A DNA stretch of 64,000 nt. Origin: Chrysomallon squamiferum. Taxonomy: Eukaryota; Animalia; Mollusca. The stretch spans positions 41,416,001-41,480,000 of the forward strand of contig CM022670.1 of assembly GCA_012295275.1 (NCBI GenBank). Direction: 5' to 3'. Shown here one piece after another: positions 27,011 through 39,675 of this stretch; within the stretch, counting starts at the first letter, position 1, and each line of letters begins with the position of its first letter. The notes under the pieces were generated by a model, which made no database searches, was not told where the DNA came from, and worked only from the letters and a program-made list of their open reading frames with translations. A program made the translations under genes and the position numbers.

Positions 27011-29029
27011 CACTTTCATTGTTGTTGTTGTATTAAAAAAAAAATCTGGATGGCAAAGACCTAATTTTCAATACATTTCGACTATTTCACTGAAGTTACA
27101 CTTTAAAATTAAAAAGTCTCAGACTATCTACAAACATCAAACACTAACAAGATGACAGCTCACTGACTTACTTCAAAACAAATTAGCCAAAGCTTTTAAT
27201 CAATTACAACTTCTAATAATAGTAGATAGGATTATTCCATAAAAACATCACCTACATACATTCTTTTCAAGAATTACTTAACAGACGAATATGAAAAAAA
27301 TGTAGACACTGGTATGTAAAAATATAAAACAGGAGCAGAACTAGGGTGGGTATTACATGGTCAGATTCCTTATATTTAATAGGTTTTCTTTTTCTTTCTA
27401 TCTTTCTTTCTTCTTCTTACTATTATTGTTAACGCTTATTAATGTAACTATCAACAGCATTTTTGTAATGTAATTCTTTTCAGCATTCTTTTTTTTTTCT
27501 TCTAAATATTTAGTATCAAACAAAACATACTTAACCTGTATTATTTAGTTTATTTTTGTTTTTTTTTTAAATAATTATTGTTGTATTTTGATGGAATTTT
27601 GATTGTTTTTTCTCCAGTGATACAGAGTGTCCTCTGATTACCTACTTAAGACTAGTTTCCACGAGATGCCAACAATCTGTTAGCTGTATTTTCTTCTTAT
27701 GTAAAGAAATAATTAGACTCATTCTGCAAGATGGTTTAGTTTGCTGCTGTTTGAGTGTGTACTGGGGAATGACGCAGTACATTGCTTATGACATTACTGG
27801 AGCACTGTGACTAATTCTCCATCACTGGCTATTGTGTATCAAACCTTCACTATTTCTGATATACACCTTTGACAGGAAACTGCGCTGCTCTAAATCTTTA
27901 ATTAGCAGCAAAATATCCTTTACAGGATAGTACATACCTCAGTCTTTGGTTACTATTAGTTGAATACTGGAAGGTAATAGCATGCAGTCCAGTGTAAGAA
28001 ATAAACTGTGATGAACTACATCTCTTAACTAAATCAGTCAGACTCTTCTGCATCTGTCTTTTGAAGAAGACTGTGGAATATTCTGATGTAGTTTTAATAT
28101 TAGTCACGTCCTTGTTTTCTCTGAACAGATAAATAATATTATATCCTAATGAAGGATGTGTCTGTGGAGAGAGGTTAATGTTAATAAATGACTGACACTA
28201 TCTTGATGCAGTTTTAACAAGAGTGAACTCTGCTGCTGTTTTAGCACAGATATTGGCTGTAAAATGATGTAGATTTGAGGTGACGTTGTTGTAGTTTTCA
28301 CATGATTGTGAAGGAATGCAGTATGTTTGTTCTGTTTTAACATGATTATGAACTTACACTGTAGTTGATACAGACTTAACAATGGACTGTAAACTGATGG
28401 TGCATGTTGGTATAGTTGTAATATGGTTTGTGAACTGACACTATAGTCTGAACAGGACTGTGAACTGATGCTGTACTTGGTGTACCTGTAACATGGTTTT
28501 GACTCTGTAAGTTAGAATAGTTTAAAAAAAAAAATTGTGACCTGACATACAGTGTAGTTTTAACTTGTGTAACAACTGAGCTACTAAAACAGATGTCAAA
28601 CTGTCTTACACTCATTACAGGAATAAGCTGGAAAATGCTCAACATTTGTTTCAAGTTCCTCAGTGACAAACAAGATGGATTGTTACACTGTATCTCTATT
28701 ACACAGCTCAAACAGTTTTTCTTTTAGAAAATAATCAGTAAACTGAAATGTACACAAACAGAATTAACACTGTCAAGATGATTTATATCCAATATTTTTT
28801 TGTTTTGTTTTCAAACTGAAATTATTTATCAGCAAATTAAACTATTTAAGTAACATGAATAATTTAATTAAATTACTACTTGTAATAGTTAAAAGTCTGA
28901 AGTGCATATAAATGTCTTATTAAGTTTCATTTACATTTAACAGAGTAGGAGGTAACTATGGCAAAGACTGAACATTGTAAGGAAATAATAAAAAGTAATT
29001 TTAGAAAATTATTTACTTTCTAATATTAG

Positions 29030-29375
29030 CTGTGGCATTATTAGTAGTACCTATATTAGAGACAATAGTAATAGTAGCAGTGGTAGTAGTAGTTGTTGTT
29101 GCTGTAATAGTGGTAATAACAGGAGTAGGAGTAACAGTAGTAGTAGTTGTTGTAATAGCAGTATCAGTACTAGTAATAGTTACTTTAGTAATAGTAGTAG
29201 TAGTAATAATGATAACAGTAGAAGTAGTAATAATAGTAGCAGTACTAGAAGTAGTAGCTTTAGTAGTAGTAGTAGTAGTAGTAGTAACAGTTGTATCTGT
29301 AGTAATAATAATAGTAGTAGTAGATAGTAGAAGTAGTAGTTGTAGTAGTAAGAGTGACAGAAGTAATAATATTGT
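29030..29375. repeat. Degenerate (GTA/ATA)n trinucleotide microsatellite
   Basis: Runs of GTAGTAGTA and ATAGTA; source of the poly-Val, poly-Thr and poly-Leu ORFs. Confidence 0.9.
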
Positions 29376-30257
29376 AACAATGATGCTGATGCTATCAGTC
29401 ACAGAAGACGTTGAGTAGGTACGTAACAACAGATGTAATTTCTACCTAAAACACTTATTTTTTTCATCATAAAACACTTTATACTTCTCCATACTTTGCC
29501 TGTGCCTTGAGGATAACATGAAGGTGTTGACATTGGTTTGCTGGGAAAGGGGTGTCTGGAGTATTGCTTACTAAACAATTGTATGAGCTGAACGAGTAGT
29601 AATCCAGTATGGCCACCCTGATGTTATCTGGCTGGCTGTTTCAATACAACTGACGAGTTAAAGTGATCAGAATCTCTGTGAAATTTCTATTAACTGAACA
29701 ATAATGTTGTGTTTTTTTCTCAAGTAATCTTTTATACAGTTTATCGTTTCATCTTTCACTGTTAGGAAAAAAAGAAGAAACAAAACAGAAACATTTTGTT
29801 GTCAAGCCATTAATCTGACAAAGTGACAACATTTTATTTCATATTTGTATTTATTTTTTTTTCTTAATCTGTGATCTCAACATCTGGATTATAGTGTAAA
29901 AGTAAGATAATATTTATATAGCAATAATTTGTTGTCAAAAGTTTTTTTTTTTCTTCTTTTTTTTTTTTTTTTCTCTGATATTTCAAACTTGAATTTCTAC
30001 AAGTGTGTTTTATTTGATGTCACTCGTACAACAGAGCTGAAATGCAATACAGGTATGAAAGTATTAATGTCTTTAACTGTAAATGTAACCTGATTCTGTC
30101 ACACATGACTGTCATCTAAGGCCAAAGCTTTAAGTGTTTAACACTGGTAATATCTGTTACTTCTTTACATCAAACAACATGGCTCAGAGAATGAATGAGA
30201 GAGTATTATTTCACAACACCTTACACTATTTTGTTACCATCACATCAGTATATAACC

Positions 30258-30285
30258 CAAAATAAAATAATAAAATAAACTAAAA

Positions 30286-30344
<59 letters not shown>

Positions 30345-30356
30345 AATAAAATACAA

Positions 30357-30393
<37 letters not shown>

Positions 30394-30510
30394 TAAATAA
30401 AATAAAAAATAAAATAAAATAAAATAAAATAAAATAAAACACAAAATAATAATAAATAAATAAATAAATAAGTAAATAAATAAAATAAAATAAAAAATAA
30501 GAATAAAAAT
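30258..30510. repeat. Compound (AAAT)n/(AAT)n/(AAAAT)n microsatellite
   Basis: Directly visible; similar tracts lie at about 11480-11640, 25355-25428, 36245-36400 and 61395-61500. Confidence 0.9.
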
Positions 30511-31135
30511 GACCTATGATGGCTGCTGTTATCAAGATATCTTGCCAGTAACAGCATCGTGAGTGTTTTAACACTGTAATGTGTTTAGTCAACACTGCAG
30601 TGATAAGCTAGGCTAGTTCTATGGCAATCATCTAAAACATGATGATCACTGATACACTGTCATTTGTCTTCACTTCAACAGAACAGACAGTTTAAAGTTT
30701 TTTCTTAAAGATTCTTTCAAATTTGTGTATTTTTTAAAGATTTTATCATGGCCAAACTGACATCCTATAAATCATTAAAACAAAAATGTATCATAGATGA
30801 TTCTATATCAAATGTACTAATTAATACATTTGGTTGTCCTGTCACTACAGAGTGATAAAAAGTATTGTTATATAAAGTGAACCACTGATGTTAAATACAC
30901 TGATGTTTATGGCTCTCACCTAAAGGGCTGATGTTACAATGGCTTTTCCAGTTCTAACTAACTCTTCTAAAATTCAAATACCATCATGGGCAGACAACTC
31001 AAGTTCTTCTAAGTTGGTATGAGGAAACCTTGCTGTGAATACTATTATGTCAAAACCTTCCCATGAGAATGAATGAACCAGTAGATCAGATATAAAGTCA
31101 TTGTTTTATGTATTTTATCTAAAACAAATCTTATG

Positions 31136-31170
<35 letters not shown>

Positions 31171-31599
31171 AGCACTCTTTGATATTTATTTTCTCTCTAA
31201 CTTTCACCTTTAAAATTACATTATTGATCTTTATCATCAAACAAAATTGTACCCATCAAAACACAAACCATTTATCTCCATCTTCCAAAGTACACCATTT
31301 GTCTTTATCTGTGTGTAAATTGCACCATCTTCACGAGGGCACCAAACAATTTTAGCAGCAAACTACATCTAAGGGCATACCTTAAATTGCAGTGAATGTT
31401 TAATGAGCCATTGAAAACAATAACTAATGGTCATAAAAACATTCACGTGTGTCATATTATTTTAACAGACAATATTTTATTTTAAAATTTCCATTAATTC
31501 TGTCATAAAACAGCTCTGCTAGCTGAACACAGCAAGCTGACCTGATAGCTACAGTCTGAAGTGGTAACATCTAAAATTATGTATGATTTAAAGTTAACA

Positions 31600-31770
31600 A
31601 TAGTATGATTGCCCAATTTACAGTTAATAGTTTGATAACCAAATTTAAAACAAACAGTAAGATCACCCAGTTTAGAGATAACAGTAAGATCACCCAGTTT
31701 AGAGCTAACTGTATGATCACCCAGTTTAGAATTAAATCAGTATGATCACCCAATTTTAGCATTAACTGAA
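31600..31770. repeat. 27-bp minisatellite (ACAGTAAGATCACCCAGTTTAGAGATA)
   Basis: GATCACCCA recurs about every 27 bp. Confidence 0.85.
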
Positions 31771-32352
31771 TGGTTGCAGAATGAACACAATAATTCCTAT
31801 GTTTTACTCAGACAGAATTCACACATCATCATATTATTTCCAACTGAACCTGATCATTACAGTTCAAAATAATAAACACACATTAGTAAGTGAGCTATGA
31901 ATAAACACAATTGTTTCCACTATACAATAAACAGATAAATCATTTAACCAAGGCGGGACCAGTAATACACAATATGTTAATAATTAAAAATACTTTTATT
32001 TAATACGACATCAAGCTAACAGCATTATTTTCTCCCAGTATTTCTCTTCATTCTTACATTTATCAAATGTCATTTCACTAATAAATACAAAGCCTAAACT
32101 GTCAAATTTTATTTAAGATTTCTTAGAATATCTATCAGTCTCACATATATATATATATATTTTTCATGGTATGAATCACATCTTTGACTCAGAAACCATG
32201 AAAAAAAATGAACAATGAAAATAAACAATGGAAAACTACAACCACATCCAACTTTTAAAATAAAGCCATGTAGAAAATAAAAGAGGGATTTTTCAGGTGT
32301 GATTCTTGTAATGCACATTAGTCTTTACTGTAATAGAAAGAACTGAAGAAAA

Positions 32353-32387
<35 letters not shown>

Positions 32388-35300
32388 GGAAGTAAATTTA
32401 AAATCAACTGTTGTTTGTAATAGCCAAAGTTTTCTTGTTTTGTTATATCAATTTTTACTGCAAAAAATAATAACATATATTATATAAAATATTTTGCATT
32501 TTAATTTGTTTCAATTCATTTCTATATTTTTGCAAAGTACTTATGAACTTTCTGTTATTCACAGTTTCAAAACACAAGTATATAAATGTGTGTTAGGTAC
32601 AAAACAAATAAGAATTTAAAACAGATTATTATTCAACAGGAAGGGAGCAAACATGTACATGATCAAAATCAGTCAACAATGGTTTAATTTCTTGGTCACC
32701 ACAGTTGATATGGTTTTTAAATTTCAAAGTGTTTTCAGATATTTAAGTGGAAAACTGAGAAATCTGGCAAACAGAAAAGAAAAGAGACTTTCAAGATCAG
32801 TTTTGGTTTCTTGATTATATGGTTTACATAACAAAGTTTAAAGCTAAATTTCCAGGTTGAAAATGATGTAACTAATGTTGCCAAAAGCGTGTTTTAAAAT
32901 ATCAACTAACAGTACATGCTGTAGTCAATGGTAACTTTACAACTTTTTTAATATTCTTTATTATCAACACACGCAATCAATTGAAACACACATCAAAATA
33001 CATATTAAATTACATACAAAATTATTATTTCTCTTTTTTTCTGTTCTTTATGAATCATAATATATGTTTCTGTTGTGTATAAATAAACATTTCGGGAGAA
33101 AGAAAAAAAAAAATGAAATAAGATTTATTAATTTATTTATTATTTTTATTATTTCACTGAGCTTCTCTGTTTGAAGGGATGTAGTAAAAATCTGTAACTA
33201 ATTTGCAAGAACACAGAAGAAGCAAAAGAAACTTTTGAACTTGCCAAAACAATTTTCATATTTGCAACAAAAAATAAAAAATGAAAAGATAACAAATATG
33301 CCTGTTGGAAAAAAATAAATAAAAAATAAAAAAATATGAAGAAGAAATAAATAATATAAGAAAGAAAAAAAAAAGCAGAGAACAAATGAAAACAAATCCC
33401 TGTGGAAGTAATTTTCACATGTAAATAAAAACATATGTGAAAGTAAAATGCAGACTGCTCAATAGCAGTGTTTTTAGGCCACGTGAAATACTTCAAAATT
33501 AATCACCTCAACTACGCACAGGCTGAAACACAGCTTTAAAATAACAAACAACATTTGGCAAGTTTGAAATATCTCAGAAGGTCGTCTTTTCTGAGAGATT
33601 TTTTATGTAAGTGAAGATGGTATTGGTGTGTGTGTATATATTTTACATACTGTGTAAACGTAGTATCAGTATCACAGACTGTGTGACGCTGGCAGGCTAC
33701 CAAGTGAAACAAGTGATGCCATGCCAAGTTTGTTCATGTACAAATTAGTTACCAATCTCTGTAACCTAATCCTGTGTTCTTCTTAAAAACAAGATTTAAC
33801 TCTCCGTGTCTTTTGTAAATTTAAGTCTTCAACAAGTTTGTGTCGTTATTAAAACTAGTTTTAAATCCAGTTAGGTGTCTTCAGTAAAAAAACCATTTTA
33901 CACCATTTCACTATTGATAAACTTTAGATGTAAACAGTTTGTATAGTAATTTTACCGTTGAACAGTTTGAATATAAATAAACATTAGTTTTGAATAGTTA
34001 ACTCTTTAGTAGTTTCACACTTACCTGCAGTAAGAAATTAAAAATGTGCTTTGTGATTTTTGAAAAGAAAATTAAACATAACAACTGACCCCTCATACCT
34101 GTGCTTACTCAGTTGACAAATACTAAGTTTTAAGACAAGGCAGCCAGAAAGGGGGAAAAAAAAAGTAATAATAATAATAATAAAGAAATAAAAAATAGAA
34201 AAAAAGATATGAATTCAAATCATACAAGAAACTGTTATCAGTATGTCAACACTTTTCCAGCTATGAAACCCACAATAAAGGCTTTAATGCTGGTGTCAAA
34301 GTGTATGTGTGTATGTTCAAGCATGCATATGCACAACACACACACACACAACAATTTAAATGCAGATTACATACACACCCGTCCAATACAAAACAAAAAA
34401 AATATCTTCTCTTCTGGGGAAGCAAGTTCATAAAAATTCATATTGCAATTTTTTTTCTTTTTTATTACCAAAAGCATATGAATACCAGAAAAGAGTTTAT
34501 TTTTTTCTTTAAAAAAGAAAAAGGAAAAAAAAAAATTACATCTAAGGAGGCTAATGCACTGTTAATGCACAAGTGTTAATAAAATGCTTATTTACATTCA
34601 CCACACTTGGTCATATTGAAACAAGCAACAAAAGAAATATTAAAACGGGCTCAGTATGTATTTAATTTCTTTACCCATGTTAATCCAGCTGTATTAAGAC
34701 TGAAACGTACAAGTGTGTATGGGCTTGACGTGCTGAAGCTGTTTTTTTTAAAACCTCTTACAAAGACAACGCCAGCTTTTTGCTCATTCAACAGTCCAGA
34801 TTAAACTTAATAAGCTAAGTTTGAATTGTGAGAAACTTTCCTTCCGTTGTGCGTTGAGCTATTCTTGCTGGGTATTTGAATTAATCGATTGAGTATCTGG
34901 GAAGCATTCAATCCACCCAGAATGGTGAGGACAAGCACAGCTGCTAATGGAGTTAAACTTTTTACAAAGAGTCAAAATCCTATTCATCTATTTCCATTTT
35001 TTATTGGTCTTCTTGAAATCGGTGATCCGTAAACAAAAAGCAATGGTCGATATAATGGCAAGCACAATACAACTTGCTGTATCAAATTATTAATACCTGT
35101 AAAAACATTTACAATGAAAACATGGCAGTTGAGAATCAATTAGTCTAAATGATAGAGTAATGAATATATTATCAGACAATGACAACAAAGCAGGGTGAAG
35201 TTTAACTCTGGTTATTAACCAACTGTAATATCTCATCTTACCTTGTTGCACACCTTTTTAATGTCTTTTTATTATGGAGTACCTTTCATGTTACACACTT

Positions 35301-37151
35301 TGCAGCAGTTTTCTGTAATACCCAATGTCAAATTCATATGTGGTGCTGATGTCATGTGACATATAAAGTCAATGAAATGACTATGTGAATATTTGTATAT
35401 AGGGATCAGTATGTCAGTCTGTATGTATGTGTATGTGGAGTACAGGGCAAATCTCACTTAACAAAATTAAACTGCTGTATAGAATAGAATTTTCCATTTA
35501 AAATTTAATGTATGACAGCTAATTCTAACTAAGTGTCACAAGTTCTAGTAATACATTTACAGAGTAAAATTTACCATGAAATTTTGAATGTTACATAATT
35601 CATGTGAAAAACACAACTGACAGCAGATTGTCTGAAAGGTGCATGGATAACATACATCTACTACTCAGAATACTGAGAAATACATTTTGATGCAGAGATG
35701 AAAAAGTCCTATCGATAAATCAGGTGTCTACAGGTGTTCAAGAGCATCCATCATCAGAAGCAAACTCAGTCAACCTGCCATGAAAATCAGAAATTGGTTG
35801 TTGTGATTGTTGTTGTTGTGACCAACAATGGTGTTCCAGTCTTCATCAAGGCTGAAGCCACAGAGGAAAGGTGGTTTCTTTTTCTGAAGAGTAATTTTTC
35901 TTGTCTGATAGTGAGTTTTACCTAGTCCAGTTTGTCAAGAGCTGTATGAACCTATAGGTGTAAACTTTTAGTTCAGATTTGAAGTTGATTGTTAATGAAA
36001 TCTCGTGGAACTGGATGTAAAATGCAGGTTTAATTACTGCAGTTTATTTATTTTTGTGATTGGTTACTGTAATGTCACCCTACCTGAATCTCAAAGGATG
36101 GGATTCTACACAATGATGCTGTTCAAAAGTTGGGATTTTGTTAAGTGGGATTTTGAAAGAAAGACCAAGGGAGGTTTTGCCACCTATATACATACAGATA
36201 TAAGTTTTATTTTTCAGTTTGTTTAAATTCCATTATTTTAGCAAAAAAAAAAATAATAAATAAATATAAATAATAATAATAATAATCTAAAAATAAATAA
36301 ATAAATAAATAAATAAAATAAATAAATAATTAAATAAATAAATAAATCAATCGATAAATAAATAAAGATAATAAAAAAAAATTAAAAAATTAATAATAAT
36401 TTGAAAAAGCTGATAACAAATCTAATTTGTGCAAAGATAACGGAAAATATTTGATATCCGTTTTGTTTATAGTGCATGTTGTCAAAGTGGGCTCAGTCCG
36501 TGTTTGTATATTTATAATTAAAATGCAGCTGGCCATAGTGCGAGTCAGACAGTACTTTAACATTGATTATCAACTGTTCAAACAAAAGAATTCTTCATGC
36601 ATGTCTCTACTTTGAAAATAGCATTGTAAATCATTAAAAATAATTGACATTTCCACAAAATCAATAACAAATTGAGCACCTGTCAACACTGATCAGTCAG
36701 ACTGCATGACAAGTTATTACTAGATTTAGTTTTTATTAACTTTTTTTTATCTTTTTATTTTATTCTTTTATCTTTTTTTTTTTAATAATAATAAAAAATT
36801 CCTTTTTAAAAAATAAATTAAACTGATTAAGTGAGATGAATAAAGAAAATTTATTTTCCGTGTGATTCGGTGTAAAGAATATTTGAATACGTCACTGCAT
36901 CTGTCAAGATGATTTCTCCGTGCTGCTCTAATGTGTTGTTCAGACTGTGTTTTAAAAAACAACTAACTTAATATCTGACTGTTTTCATTATTTAAATTAA
37001 TAACCCAGTAAAGTAGTTTCTTTTACAGTACAATATCCCATCATCTTTAACAAGAGTATGTGTAGATATATTTGAAGGACTATAATTATAAATAAAAAGG
37101 TAAAAAAAACACCATATATATATATATATTTTAATTATATAATTATTCCTT

Positions 37152-37204
<53 letters not shown>

Positions 37205-37752
37205 CATATACACACACATGAAAAATAATAGGTTTTGTAAACCAAATTTTCCATTACCATGTATGTGCTCTGTGTGTTTTGACACAAACATACAGAGAGA
37301 GAGAGAGAGATTATCTTGTATCAGTTTAACTCAATGTTTATCTCAGTATTGTCATGTTTTTTCTTAGTCCTTCTGATGATAGGAGCAAATGAACAACTGA
37401 ACAGCACATACCATCAAGTTTGATACTAGGAAAGAATTAGTCTATCCCAGAACCTAGATTGGTGATACAAAGAACTACTCTGATGTGTTACAAGGTGTTA
37501 ATGAGACATAAAAACAAGCCAGTTAATGAAATGGTTTACAAAAATCACAATGTATAAAGAGTTAAATACATTTTAAACTAGTGAGACAGAAGTGTAATTA
37601 AAAAACTATAAAATAATTTTTAAAATAAAAATTAGAAGACAACTGTCAAAAACAAAGCAGTTTTAGTATTTCCTGAACTTTTTAAACAGAGCTTGATAAA
37701 AATGACACTGGTTCCAGATTAACTGAATATATATATATATATATATATATAA

Positions 37753-37783
<31 letters not shown>

Positions 37784-38653
37784 TAAATATTCTTAAATAA
37801 CTGAATATAAATAATGATTAAAAAAAATCCCTTCAAAACAAACAAAAAAACTAAATTACCAAACTATCAGTATTATTTTAAAATAACTGTAAATTAACTG
37901 ACTGGAAACGAGCAAAAGATTTAATAGTATTTTTTTTCTTATTAACAAACAGAAACTGAAATTTAAAATCTGTCGCCAGCCTAATTTGAGTAACGTGATA
38001 ATATGAAAAGATACAATAATGAGACTTTTAATAATTTTTCCCCAAGTTCAATAGTAACACAATAGCCACAGTTCATATATGACATAATATATGAGAATTA
38101 ATTTGACAGCATCCCCAGCTCTTTAATTTAAACGCGAGCCCTCTGAATGTTATAATTTACACTTCTCCACAATCCTTTGTCCAGTGTGATGGCCTTAATG
38201 AAAACTATTTCCATGTCATTTTAATCTTCTGTCTGGTTGCATAACCACCCAATAATCTCCCATGTTATTTGTCCCGCTGAAACAAAAACAATCCAGCCAC
38301 CCACCCACCCCCACCACCTCCCTGGTGTCTGGTTAAAACTTGGGTATAAGTGTTATGCAACAATATCTGCATTGTGTTAGCACTGAAATTCATTAAAACA
38401 TACACCTATTGCGTAACAGTGTAACACCCTTTGCCAGCTTTAACATCAGCATTGTGATGTGGTCACAGAGTTACACAGCTAATGAACTTGTTTCTCACTC
38501 TTCACTGAAAAACATCTTTATGTCAGAAATTCTAAATATTTGTTAAGCTTTTCTCACTTGGCTAATTAAAAAAAAACATAAATGTATTTACATAATTACT
38601 TCTTAAAATAATGTAACAACAACAATAAACTCTGACCAACTATTAAACAAAAA

Positions 38654-38688
<35 letters not shown>

Positions 38689-38713
38689 AAACACTGAAAA
38701 AAGTAACAGCGGC

Positions 38714-38716
<3 letters not shown>

Positions 38717-38777
<61 letters not shown>

Positions 38778-38841
38778 TACACACACACATCAAAATTATA
38801 TAATTTAAAGAATGAAGTATAATTTTTTAACATTACACACA

Positions 38842-38891
<50 letters not shown>
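38717..38891. repeat. (AT)n and (GAT)n microsatellites
   Basis: (AT)n at 38717-38770 and (GAT)n at 38845-38891. Other dinucleotide tracts: (TG)n 3584-3636, 4342-4410 and 37154-37203; (CT)n 21035-21081. Confidence 0.9.
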
Positions 38892-39584
38892 CAGAAAAAA
38901 TAAATTGTGGTTCCACAGATGATATAAGCTGATAATTTATATGATCAAGTCACAGAACTGATCTCTGTACAGTCATAATTTGAAGTGCATATCATTAACT
39001 TGTGTTTATGATCAATTTAAAAACAATAAAAACACACGCGGCTCCACCAAGGGAAAGAGTTAAAAGTAAAAAAAATATTTGATATTTGAGAAACATACTT
39101 TGATGTGAAACATTTAAATATTACACACACGCCATAAATGTCTTTCAACTATTTTCTATCAACAGCATGTGAAAGCATTCCTCAGAGATTTCACATTTTG
39201 ATTAAAAAAAAAAAAAAAAAAATTGTGAAGCAATGAAATAGTTTTTAAGAATAATAAAATTTTAAGTGCTTTTCATTGCAATCTCTGAGAAAAAAAGAAG
39301 AAAATAAATGGTATTCATATTTTTATTGGTTTCAAAAGTTTATCTTGATGCTCATGTTTTCAGAAATCTATTACAGTTATTATTATTATTTAATTTTTCA
39401 TTTCTTTGTTGTTGTTTTTTTTTTTTAATTTTTAATTTTTTTAAAATTTGATTTGAATTTTTTTTTTAAAGAGTTAAGTGAATTGTTGCATTTCATTTAC
39501 ATTTTAAACTTATACGCAAACACAGATACAAACACATAGATGAAACGACTGGAGAAATCTGCAATCACAGCACAGATTGTTCTT

Positions 39585-39675
39585 ACTGGTCACAGCAAAC
39601 ATCTTTTACACAGACAGGAAGCTGTATGCTGATATCTTTGATAAATCAGTTGCAGGGTTCAAGCAGAAAAGACAA
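39585..39675 (-). mobile_element. SINE core fragment
   Basis: CAGCAAACATCTTTTA..CACAGACAGGA...CTTTGATAAATCAGTTG is the reverse complement of the SINE core at 12.4 kb, with a deletion. Confidence 0.4.

Noticed and set aside
29013-29429. 128-138 aa ORFs rich in Thr, Val or Leu (mucin-like or transmembrane-like)
   Set aside because: Translations of a degenerate (GTA)n microsatellite, open on both strands, with no splice support.
35734-35925. Exon-like complex segment
   Set aside because: No recognisable protein on either strand and no compatible splice-site pair for the CAAP1 model.
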